From Chloroflexota bacterium (GTDB lineage Bacteria; Chloroflexota; Anaerolineae; Promineifilales; Promineifilaceae): DNA of 46,852 nt. The stretch is taken from the NCBI GenBank assembly GCA_024638855.1, contig JAHEJP010000001.1, positions 2,895 through 49,746 of the forward strand, in the 5' to 3' direction. This document shows, in pieces, positions 33,911 through 42,890 of the stretch. Numbering within the stretch: position 1 is the first letter of the stretch; each line of letters starts with the position of its first letter. The notes under the pieces were generated by a model. It saw nothing but the letters and a program-made list of their open reading frames with translations. It was not told where the DNA came from and did no database searches. The position numbers and the translations under genes were made by a program.

Positions 33911-35014
33911 ATGAACCAGGCCCGTATGCAACGATTGGAAAGAGAAGTCTTGGCGCATGGATTGGATGGCATTGCCGTGATGCCGGGGCCGAATATGGTG
34001 TATTTGAGTGGTATCCATGCCCATGTTAGTGAAAGGCCAATCTTGCTCCTGCTACCTGCCGATGATGATCCAGCGATAATCATGCCATCCCTGGAAACCG
34101 AGAAAGCCCAGGCAGCGGGCATACTTGAAGAAAGAATCTTTGGCTGGAGCGACGACGAAGGCCATACAGGCGCATTTCAATTAGCCTGCGCTCAGCTCGA
34201 ATTATCTGACTTCTTACTTGGTGTCGAAGCGCTGCATATGCGTGTCATGGAATTGGAATTACTCCATCGCTACGCCCCGGGGCTCAGCACAACACATGCG
34301 GAACCGATCCTGGGCGCGCTACGTCAAATCAAGGACGAAGATGAAATCGCGAAGATGGAAGAAGCGATTGACGTAGCTCAGCGGGCGATGGAAAAACTAA
34401 TACCAAGAATTCAATTAGGTCAAAGTGAAAAAAGGATCGCGGCGATGTTGACCCAGGAATTAATCGAGTCCGGCGGCCAATCGGTAGCATTCAACCCAAT
34501 CGTTTCAGCCGGGCCCAATGCTGCGTCGCCGCACGCGGTGCCAACAAACCGGCCGATTCAAGCTGGTGACCTGTTGGTGATCGACTGGGGAGTATTCATT
34601 GACGACTATCCATCAGACATCACCCGTACCTTCGCCATCGGTTCTGTCGAACCAGAATTCGAAACGATCTATGAAATCGTCCGAGAGGCAAATGCAGCGG
34701 CAAAATCAGTCGCCAAACCAGGCGCTACCGGTCGTGATGTCGACCGAGCGGCAAGAAAACTCATCGAAGACGCAAATTATGGACCCAATTTCTTCCATCG
34801 AACAGGGCATGGTCTCGGATTGGAGGTTCACGAACCCCCATACATGATGGAGGGCAATACCGAAAAACTGGTGGAAGGGCAGGTTTTTACCATCGAACCT
34901 GGCATATATCTGCCTGGTAGGGCCGGCGTGCGTATCGAGGATGATATCGTGATCACCGCTGATGGGTGCCGCTCTTTAACTACATTGCCGCGGGAGCTAA
35001 TTCAACTTGCCTAA
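33911..35014 (+). CDS. M24-family Xaa-Pro peptidase (aminopeptidase P / prolidase type)
   Basis: Metal ligand motifs: DWGVFIDDYPSDITRTF, HRTGHGLGLEVHEPP, FTIEPGIY, RIEDD. Confidence 0.9.
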   Translation: MNQARMQRLEREVLAHGLDGIAVMPGPNMVYLSGIHAHVSERPILLLLPADDDPAIIMPSLETEKAQAAGILEERIFGWSDDEGHTGAFQLACAQLELSDFLLGVEALHMRVMELELLHRYAPGLSTTHAEPILGALRQIKDEDEIAKMEEAIDVAQRAMEKLIPRIQLGQSEKRIAAMLTQELIESGGQSVAFNPIVSAGPNAASPHAVPTNRPIQAGDLLVIDWGVFIDDYPSDITRTFAIGSVEPEFETIYEIVREANAAAKSVAKPGATGRDVDRAARKLIEDANYGPNFFHRTGHGLGLEVHEPPYMMEGNTEKLVEGQVFTIEPGIYLPGRAGVRIEDDIVITADGCRSLTTLPRELIQLA

Positions 35015-35054
35015 TATTTTCAAAAAACAACCAAAGCGTAGGCAAGGTCAGAGC

Positions 35055-36422
35055 ATGAGCCAGACTCCTGTCACACACTCCCTTTTCGCCGCTCATTATC
35101 ATCGCCGGGGTCCAGCCATCCTCAGCGTTGCTTTATTCGCGATGATGGTAGTCGTATTGTTGGCTGCTTGCCAAAATTCCGATAAAGCCAGCCCAGTCGT
35201 TGAAGCAGAGATACCGTCACCACCACCAACTTTGGTTAGGAGCCCAGAATCCATAGCAGCTTATCCTGTACCAGCCACGCCTAGCCCGGATGATGGCTCA
35301 CCATATCCGGCCAAGCCAACGCTAGAAGCTCCGCCATCCTTAACTCCTGCCATCCCGGCCGTTACACCGGATGCGATATACGACACCCAAACCTACTTGC
35401 CTTCGATTAGGGTTCCGAAGGAACCAACACCGACACCAACATCTACTCCCAAGCCATCGCCAACGCCGACTATCGACTTTGCTGCCGTACGCGCTCAATT
35501 ACAAGCCCAAGGCCAGGATCTCGGTTTTGCCAAGATCGGGTTTCACACCGGCGTCGGCGGTAATCGCACCGGATTAGGAGATTGGATGCGACGGCTGGAC
35601 GAGGCCGGCGTACCCTTTTTCCTGAAAACTGCCGACGATTCGGGACCGCTTGTCGAAGCGCAAGAAATCATCCGAAACAGTGATGTTCCTCATGTCCTTG
35701 TCTACCGTCGCAGTGGCGATGAATATGATACCCCAGATTATGACCTACCTCCGGCTGAGGCAGCCCAAAAACATTGGCAACTACATCGGGAGGCCTTCCC
35801 GCCGGAATTAGATCCAGAACTAGTTTGGGTAGAAACGCTCAATGAGGTCGACAAGGAACGCTCTGAATGGTTGGGGCAATTCGCTCTGGAAACGGCTCGC
35901 CTGGCACTAGCAGATGGTTTCCGCTGGGCCGCTTTTGGCTGGTCTTCGGGGGAACCAGAGATAACTGACTGGCAAACACCTTCGATGATCGCATTTTTAA
36001 GGCTGGCGGCCGAGAATCCAGATCGATTGGCCGTGGCGATCCATGAATATAGCTTCATCTCCGAAGACATCAGCGATGCCTATCCTTTTAAAGTCGGCCG
36101 TTTCCAATATCTATTTCAAGTTGTGGACCAATTAGGTATACCCCGTCCAACCATCTTGATTACCGAGTGGGGTTGGGAATACCAGGTCGTTCCGTCGGGC
36201 AACGAGGCTATTAGAGACATCGACTGGGCAGCCAAAATGTATGCCCCTTATCCAGAAATTAAAGGAGCCGCCATCTGGTATCTCGGTAATGGCTTTGGCG
36301 GTATCGCCACCGATGCCCAAAGACTCATCGAACCGGTAACTGAATTCTCCCTTGGTACTTATTATCCTATCCCGTTGCCCCTGGAAAGCGCTCCAATTAA
36401 TCCAGAACAGCACCGGCCGTGA
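35055..36422 (+). CDS. Secreted lipoprotein with a Pro/Thr-rich linker and a clan GH-A-like (TIM-barrel glycoside hydrolase-like) C-terminal domain
   Basis: ATG at 35055; the ORF-track start at 35007 is a TTG. Lipobox LLAAC. PTPTPTSTPKPSPTPT linker. Candidate acid/base VETLNEVD and nucleophile LITEWGWE. Confidence 0.5.
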   Translation: MSQTPVTHSLFAAHYHRRGPAILSVALFAMMVVVLLAACQNSDKASPVVEAEIPSPPPTLVRSPESIAAYPVPATPSPDDGSPYPAKPTLEAPPSLTPAIPAVTPDAIYDTQTYLPSIRVPKEPTPTPTSTPKPSPTPTIDFAAVRAQLQAQGQDLGFAKIGFHTGVGGNRTGLGDWMRRLDEAGVPFFLKTADDSGPLVEAQEIIRNSDVPHVLVYRRSGDEYDTPDYDLPPAEAAQKHWQLHREAFPPELDPELVWVETLNEVDKERSEWLGQFALETARLALADGFRWAAFGWSSGEPEITDWQTPSMIAFLRLAAENPDRLAVAIHEYSFISEDISDAYPFKVGRFQYLFQVVDQLGIPRPTILITEWGWEYQVVPSGNEAIRDIDWAAKMYAPYPEIKGAAIWYLGNGFGGIATDAQRLIEPVTEFSLGTYYPIPLPLESAPINPEQHRP

Positions 36423-36537
36423 TACAATTGGGCTTTGAGGATCATCAGGCGTAAAGCGGATAAACACGTAACGTCTTCCACCCATGGACTCCGGTTGATC
36501 CCGGCACATTTCATTGAAGCATCAAAGGAGCATTTTC

Positions 36538-37539
36538 ATGACACAATCCCTAAAACGTAGAAGACTTGAAGCTATCATTAACGGCGAACGACCTGACCGG
36601 CCGCCGGTATCATTGTGGAGACATTGGCCCGGCGATGACCAGGCTGCAGAATCGTTGGCCGCCGCCCATCTGAAGTGGCAAAAGGATTATGATTGGGACT
36701 TGATCAAAGTTTCGCCTGCCAGCAGCTATTGTCTGGTTGACTGGGGTGTAAAGGATAAATGGGAAGGCGCGGCCGAAGGAACGCGCACCTACCAAAAACG
36801 GTTGATCAAAAAGCCAAGCGGTTGGGAAAAACTACAGGTCCTCGATCCAGCGAAGGGCATGCTGGCAACTCAACTCAAAGGGCTGGATCTGGTCGGCGAG
36901 GCACTGGAAAAAGAGTTTGAAGATAGCCCGCCTTTCATCGCGACCATTTTCTCGCCGCTGGCTCAAGCCAAGAATCTGACCGGACAGGGGCGTATGTTAA
37001 GCCATATGCGTAGCCATCCGGATGCCTTCCGTCGCGGCCTGGAAACCATCACCGAGAGCACTATCGCCTATCTTGAGGCAGCCAAAAAAACAGGGATAAG
37101 CGGCATATTTTACGCAATTCAACATGCCCGATACGAAGTGATGAGCCCCGCTGAATATCAGATCTTCGGCCGGCCTTTCGACGAGGAAATCTTGGCTGCA
37201 GCCAGCGACCTATGGCTTAACATGGTTCACATCCATGGCGAGAAGGAGATTATGTTCGACCTGATCGCCGATTACCCAGTACAGCTCCTCAATTGGCACG
37301 ATCGGGATACAGGATTCACCTTGGCCTACGGTTTAGAGCAATCTTCGGCTGCCGTCTGTGGCGGCATTTCTCGCTGGTCACTGTTGCAGGAATCGCCAGA
37401 ACAAGCTATGGCTGAAGCCGAAGAATCTCGTGAATTGACCGGCGGGCAGCGCCTCATGCTTGGGGTTGGTTGTGTGATAATGACCAATACGCCAACTCGC
37501 AACATCCGCGCCTTGCGTGAATGTGCCGATATCGGGTAA
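36538..37539 (+). CDS. Uroporphyrinogen decarboxylase (URO-D) family protein (MtaA/CmuA-like fold)
   Basis: ATG at 36538 lies 8 nt after AAAGGAG. N-terminal RRLEAIINGERPDRPPVSLWRHW and the overall ~330-aa length fit URO-D-like proteins. The call is by pattern only. Confidence 0.6.
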   Translation: MTQSLKRRRLEAIINGERPDRPPVSLWRHWPGDDQAAESLAAAHLKWQKDYDWDLIKVSPASSYCLVDWGVKDKWEGAAEGTRTYQKRLIKKPSGWEKLQVLDPAKGMLATQLKGLDLVGEALEKEFEDSPPFIATIFSPLAQAKNLTGQGRMLSHMRSHPDAFRRGLETITESTIAYLEAAKKTGISGIFYAIQHARYEVMSPAEYQIFGRPFDEEILAAASDLWLNMVHIHGEKEIMFDLIADYPVQLLNWHDRDTGFTLAYGLEQSSAAVCGGISRWSLLQESPEQAMAEAEESRELTGGQRLMLGVGCVIMTNTPTRNIRALRECADIG

Positions 37540-37665
37540 TCGTCGATTCTGGTAGGCTTCCTTGTTTAACCTGGGCAGTATGAAGGCAAGATAGGCAAAC
37601 ACTTTACGATTTTTTCACGCCGGATTATGTGATGATGACAACAACCGTCGGCATGCCGCCAGGTT

Positions 37666-38796
37666 GTGACAATGAAAGATTCTCAAGGACAATTGCCTAA
37701 TAACGCAGCCACCAGCGATAGTTTGCTCCAGGAGAGCAGAGGCGGTTGGCCGCGAGCCATTATGCACCTGGATATGGATGCATTTTATGTCAATGTCCAT
37801 CGTTTGAGCCATCCCGAAGATCAGGGGATTCCCTTGGCCGTAGGTGGCCGACCGGATAGTCGTGGAGTCATCGCCTCAGCCAGTTATGAAGCCCGCCAAT
37901 TCGGTGTACACTCGGCCATGCCCTCAAGCCGGGCCCTACGCCTCTGCCCCCAATTGAAGATCGTAGGGCATGATTGGCGTCAAATTCGCGAGTGTTCACG
38001 TCAGGTGATGGCCATTCTACGTGAATTTGGCCCGGTTGAGCAGATGAGCGTTGACGAGGCTTATGTGGACCTGTCAGCCGACCCTCAGCCAGAAATTTTG
38101 CCCATCACCATTCGCCAACGGGTCAAGGATGATACGGGTTTGCCTGCCTCAGTCGGATTAGCCACCAGTAAATTGGTGGCCAAGGTAGCCTCAGATTATG
38201 ATAAGCCAGAAGGTTGCACCCTCGTCCAACCAGGTGACGAGGCAGCTTTTCTCGCTCCCCAACCCGTCCGCGTCATCTGGGGAGTTGGCCCACGGACCGC
38301 TGAGCGGCTTGCCAGCAAGAGCATCCTAACATGTGGGCAACTTGCCGCATACGATCTGGAAACACTTAAAGAGATGTTTGGACAACAGGCCCACTCTTTA
38401 CAGAAACGGGCCCTTGGACTCGACACGCGCAAAATCCACGTTGAACGCGGGCAACCCAAAAGCATCAGCCAAGAGTGGACGTTCAGCGAGGATGTCGATG
38501 ATCCAGATATTTTATTAGCCCGAATACGAAAACAATCGGCCAGCGTGGCTCGATCCCTTCGGAAGCGACACCTAGTAGCCCACACCATCAGGGTAAAATT
38601 TCGTTTGGCCAATTTCACCACCTTCACCCGGCAGAAATCAGTCCAGGTCGGCATCGACGATGAAGAAACATTATTCGCGATTGCCTCGGCCATCTGGCAA
38701 GAAAACTGGCGAAGCGGTCAGAAATTGCGTTTGTTAGGCGTAGGCGTTAGCAGCCTGGAAACGCCGGCCGCCCGGCAGATTGAGTTCGAATTCTGA
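37666..38796 (+). CDS. dinB: DNA polymerase IV (Y-family)
   Basis: MHLDMDAFYVNVH, SASYEARQFGVHSAMP, SVDEAYVDL and GLATSKLVAKVASD motifs. GTG at 37666, or ATG at 37672. Confidence 0.9.
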   Translation: MTMKDSQGQLPNNAATSDSLLQESRGGWPRAIMHLDMDAFYVNVHRLSHPEDQGIPLAVGGRPDSRGVIASASYEARQFGVHSAMPSSRALRLCPQLKIVGHDWRQIRECSRQVMAILREFGPVEQMSVDEAYVDLSADPQPEILPITIRQRVKDDTGLPASVGLATSKLVAKVASDYDKPEGCTLVQPGDEAAFLAPQPVRVIWGVGPRTAERLASKSILTCGQLAAYDLETLKEMFGQQAHSLQKRALGLDTRKIHVERGQPKSISQEWTFSEDVDDPDILLARIRKQSASVARSLRKRHLVAHTIRVKFRLANFTTFTRQKSVQVGIDDEETLFAIASAIWQENWRSGQKLRLLGVGVSSLETPAARQIEFEF

Positions 38797-39007
38797 ACTC
38801 CAGATCCCCTAACTCTTTACATTCGTATCAAAAGATACTAGACTGTCCTTACTGGCATAGATTGCAGTTTGAATTGGGAGCAATGGGCGACTTTGGACGG
38901 TAGCGCCCCAACCCTTGTGTTGGGAACGGTTGTGATCGTTCTCGAACACTCAATAAATTACTTTTGGATCCAATTCATCCACTAGCCCACATTAGGAGGT
39001 CAACACC

Positions 39008-39460
39008 ATGGCTCAGGTATCTTCCACGGTCTTTCATTTCAAAAGAGAGATCGCGAACGTCACAATCCAGCCGCAAGTATCACAAAAGAAGCTAAAAGCC
39101 ATCGCCTTGAAGTCAAAGACACTGGCCGAGGTGCCTGAAACCCCAGGCGTCTTTAAACCCGGCCGGCTAATTTTTAACTTCGCCATCATCGACGAAGATG
39201 AATCTAAGGATTATCTAGATGAAATTGTTCCTCCCCTGGTGCTTCGGGTCCGTTACGAAGAAGAAGATCTCCTACGCGCAGAAGCGGCCGGCGAACCTTT
39301 GCAATTAGCATATTGGAAAGACAAAGAAGAGCGTTGGATCCTCTTTACGGCCGAAGAGCACAATTTCCGGCTAGAGCCAGATGAGTCTCCGGGTACTGGC
39401 GGTTATGGGGTTGCCGAGATCAGCTATTGGGGTGACCCACAAGTCGGTTGGGGACCCTGA
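39008..39460 (+). CDS. Hypothetical 150-aa protein, no recognised domain
   Basis: A strong AGGAGG RBS lies 8 nt before the ATG. No TM segment or signal peptide. It sits 91 nt upstream of the cyclase-STAND gene. Confidence 0.6.
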   Translation: MAQVSSTVFHFKREIANVTIQPQVSQKKLKAIALKSKTLAEVPETPGVFKPGRLIFNFAIIDEDESKDYLDEIVPPLVLRVRYEEEDLLRAEAAGEPLQLAYWKDKEERWILFTAEEHNFRLEPDESPGTGGYGVAEISYWGDPQVGWGP

Positions 39461-39551
39461 TTTCGTAAAGTCGATCGCTCATCTTAGCCCTTAAGTCCAA
39501 AAACGGTCCGGCCGCCAAGGACTGAGATACCGCGTAACATAGTTGACATAA

Positions 39552-42500
39552 ATGAGTGAATTAAGGCAGCTTCAACAGGCAATTCATGCCCTTGAAGCAT
39601 TGCGGCCGAGCATGGGGGATGAGGTCGTTGACGCTGCCTTGATGCCTTTGCGCCAACGGTTGGTCGCCCTATCCGGCAAAACCACCACAACTGAGGCTCG
39701 CCTCAAACTGGTCACTATTTTATTCGCCGATGTGATCGGCTCGACCTACCTCAGCCGCCAGCTGGATGCCGAAGACATGATGGCCATCATGAATGGCGCC
39801 TTGGAACGTTTTGGCACCATTATCGAACAGCATGACGGTCGGGTGATGAAGTATATGGGTGATGGCCTGATGGCCGTCTTCGGCGAGACGGTTACTCGCG
39901 AAGATGATGCTGAACGGGCAGTACGGGCCGGGCTCGATCTCCTGGAGGAAGCCCGAAGTTATGCCCGCTATATCAAGCGGCGCTGGCGGCTCGGCGGTTT
40001 TGATGTGCGAATTGGCATCGACACCGGACAAGTAGTATTAGGTGGCGGCGTCGAAGCGGATAGTAGTGCCATCGGCATGACCGTCAATCTAGCTTCGCGG
40101 ATGGAAAGTTCAGCCCCTCCAGGCGCGTTGCGTATAACCCAATCAACTTACCGGCAGGTCCAGGGCTTATTCGAGGTTCAAAGTCAGCCACCACTCAAGG
40201 TAAAAGGTCGCGACCGGCCGATTCAGACCTATTTAGTGCTGCGGGCAAATAAGCGCCCCTTCCGTACCATCACAAGAGGCGTTGAAGGCATCGAAACGCG
40301 CATGATTGGCCGGGAAAGGGAGTTGGCTATCCTGCAGGACCATTTCAAGGAAGCCATCCAGGAAAAAAAGGCTCACTTCATCACCATCGTTGGCGACCCG
40401 GGCCTGGGGAAAAGTCGTTTACTTTACGAGTTCGAGAATTGGTTGCGCTTGCGCCCTATTCCGCTGAGTTTCTATAAAAGCCGGGCAATCCTGCAACTAT
40501 CCAAAAACCCCTATAACTTGTTCCGCTTCATGTTCGCTTACCTTTTCAGCATTCGTGGCAGCGATCCGGGACCAGTAGCCAACGAAAAACTGGAAAAAGG
40601 CCTGGCCGAATTCTTAGAAAACGAAGCCCAAATGAAAGCACACCTGATCGGGGCTTTGTTGGGCTACGATTTCTCCGGCAGCCCCCATTTAATGAGTCAT
40701 CAAGATGATCCCTTCCATTTACGCGACCGGGCATTGCTCTACCTGGCCCAATATTTCACGACCGTTGCCAGGCAATCACCAACCGTCATCTTCTTAGAAG
40801 ATATTCACTGGGCCGATCGACCGTCTCTCGAAGCAGTAAAATACCTGGTTCACGAATGCTCACAATTGCCAATACTCTTCATCTGCCTAACCAGGCCCGA
40901 ACTACTGGAACAGTTTGAAGAATGGGGTCGAGAAAGGAGCTTGGGTGATACAAGCCATCAATGGCTAAAGTTAAATCCACTCTCCGACGATGCCTGTCGC
41001 TTGCTACTGGCTGAGATTTTACAGAAAGTTGACGATTTTCCGGAAGAGCTAGCAAGGCGGATCGTAGATCATGCAGAAGGCAACCCCTTTTATATGGAAG
41101 AAATCGTCAAGGTCCTCATTGACGACGGTGTTATTCAAAAAAATCACTCGGGTGAATATTGGAGCCTACGAGTCCAATACCAAGAACAATTACGGATTCC
41201 GCCGACCCTGACGTCGGTGTTGCATGCACGTTTGGACAAACTGCCAGCGGCTGAAAAATCGATCTTACAGAAAGCAGCTGTCGTCGGCCGTATCTTCTGG
41301 CGAGGCGTCTTGGAGACCTTGGAAAACGATGGCACGGCAGTTGAAGCAACATTGCAAGGATTAACCGGCCGGGAACTAATTTATCACCGGAGCGATTCAG
41401 CTTTTGCTGGCGATGATGAATACATTTTCAAACACGCCCTGCTCTGGGAAGCAAGTTACAATACCGTGCTGAAGCCGGCTCGCCAGCGATACCATCGCCA
41501 GGCGGCGGAATGGCTGGTTATGGTGGCCAAGGCTAGCGGTCGGATAAACGAACATGCAGTTCTTATCGGCGAGCACTACGCCCAAGCAGGCGAATCAAGT
41601 CAGGCGGCCGGTTGGTTCACCAAGGCCGGCGAACGGGCCAGGGATCAGGGTACGCACTCTGAAGCATATGATTTCTTCAGCCGGGCTCTCCTGCTTATCC
41701 CCGATGAAAATAGCCAGTCTCGTTGGCCAGCCCTTGTGGGACGCAGCGAGGTCCTAGGCATATTAGGTCGCGCGGAAGCCCGGGCAGCCGACGACGCAAC
41801 TCTTCTAGCCCTGGCTCACAGGGCAGGTGATGACAATTGGCTGGCGGAGGCCTACTATCGCGCCGGTTATCACCTGGCAATTGGCGGTGAGGACCAAGAA
41901 GCCTTGAAATCGTATGAGGCGGCTATAGCTTCAGCCGAACGAGCAAACAACAAAAAACTGGAGACATTAATATTGGGCACCAAAACGATCAGCCTGACAC
42001 GGCTGGGAGAAATTGAGGCTGCCTCGGCTTCGGCCGAAAAAGCCCTGGCCCGCGCGAGAAACCTAGAGGACACACCTACCTTGGCCCGGATCATCACCAA
42101 CGTCGCCCTATTCCACGCCGAAATCGGCAACATTGGCCGAGCTTTGGAGCTACTTGAGCAGCAAGTGGACTTGACGCGCACGCTCGGGGATCGTTTTGGC
42201 GAATCGATTGGTTTAAATAACCTGGGTTACAATTTTTTGATCCTGGGCCAATACCAAAAGGGGCTAGAGATCCTGCAACAATCCTTAGCATTATCTACAG
42301 CAATAGAGGCTAAACGAATCAGCGCCTACAACCGGTTGAATCAAGCTCTAGCTCATTGGCGGTTGGGCAATGGACACGCCGCCCGGCCCATCTTGGCCCA
42401 GGCAATAGCCGATATGGCCGCGGTCGAAGACAATTTCGGTCAGGCGGCCGGCTATTCCTATTTGGCTCAAATCATGGAGAGCGCTGATGAACCAGCCATA

Positions 42501-42890
42501 GCCGGCCAATACTTCGGCAAAGCCAAACAGGCTCTGGAACAAATCGGCGCGCACGCTTATGGTTGCGATGCCCTGGCCGGCCTGGCCCGTTGTGAACTGG
42601 CCCAAGGTCAAGTCGAAGCAGCAAGCCAATATTGTCGAGAGGTTTCGGCCTATATAGAAGAACATGGGGCAAAGGGATTGGAATTCCCAATCCTGGCTTA
42701 CACGAGTTGCGCCCAAGTGTTTCAGGCATCCGGTGAACTAGCGGCCGCCAGAATGGCTATAAAGGCTGGTTATACCGAGTTAATGGATCGCGCCGGCAAA
42801 ATCGACGACCCTATTTGGCATCAATCTCTCTTAGACAATGTGCCAGAACACCGGCAAATCACCAAGATGGCCCAGGCCTTGGGGTGCTAA
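39552..42890 (+). CDS. Class III adenylate/guanylate cyclase domain + AAA/STAND NTPase + TPR-repeat protein
   Basis: Cyclase: ILFADVIGSTYLS, KYMGDGLMAVFG, RIGIDTGQV, GMTVNLASRMES. Walker A IVGDPGLGKSRLL and Walker B VIFLEDIHWAD. The C-terminal ~450 aa are TPR-like helical repeats. Confidence 0.9.
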   Translation: MSELRQLQQAIHALEALRPSMGDEVVDAALMPLRQRLVALSGKTTTTEARLKLVTILFADVIGSTYLSRQLDAEDMMAIMNGALERFGTIIEQHDGRVMKYMGDGLMAVFGETVTREDDAERAVRAGLDLLEEARSYARYIKRRWRLGGFDVRIGIDTGQVVLGGGVEADSSAIGMTVNLASRMESSAPPGALRITQSTYRQVQGLFEVQSQPPLKVKGRDRPIQTYLVLRANKRPFRTITRGVEGIETRMIGRERELAILQDHFKEAIQEKKAHFITIVGDPGLGKSRLLYEFENWLRLRPIPLSFYKSRAILQLSKNPYNLFRFMFAYLFSIRGSDPGPVANEKLEKGLAEFLENEAQMKAHLIGALLGYDFSGSPHLMSHQDDPFHLRDRALLYLAQYFTTVARQSPTVIFLEDIHWADRPSLEAVKYLVHECSQLPILFICLTRPELLEQFEEWGRERSLGDTSHQWLKLNPLSDDACRLLLAEILQKVDDFPEELARRIVDHAEGNPFYMEEIVKVLIDDGVIQKNHSGEYWSLRVQYQEQLRIPPTLTSVLHARLDKLPAAEKSILQKAAVVGRIFWRGVLETLENDGTAVEATLQGLTGRELIYHRSDSAFAGDDEYIFKHALLWEASYNTVLKPARQRYHRQAAEWLVMVAKASGRINEHAVLIGEHYAQAGESSQAAGWFTKAGERARDQGTHSEAYDFFSRALLLIPDENSQSRWPALVGRSEVLGILGRAEARAADDATLLALAHRAGDDNWLAEAYYRAGYHLAIGGEDQEALKSYEAAIASAERANNKKLETLILGTKTISLTRLGEIEAASASAEKALARARNLEDTPTLARIITNVALFHAEIGNIGRALELLEQQVDLTRTLGDRFGESIGLNNLGYNFLILGQYQKGLEILQQSLALSTAIEAKRISAYNRLNQALAHWRLGNGHAARPILAQAIADMAAVEDNFGQAAGYSYLAQIMESADEPAIAGQYFGKAKQALEQIGAHAYGCDALAGLARCELAQGQVEAASQYCREVSAYIEEHGAKGLEFPILAYTSCAQVFQASGELAAARMAIKAGYTELMDRAGKIDDPIWHQSLLDNVPEHRQITKMAQALGC

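Noticed and set aside
38924-38947. GAAC-N10-GTTC-N2-GAAC arrangement and TGTGA-N6-TCGAA just downstream of dinB and upstream of 39008, considered as a LexA (Cheo-box) or CRP site.
   Set aside because: It does not fit GAAC-N4-GTTC spacing. The arms are only 4 bp, and the CRP-like second half-site matches only 3/5. No Cheo-box-like motif was seen upstream of dinB (37540-37665) either, so I cannot support SOS regulation.
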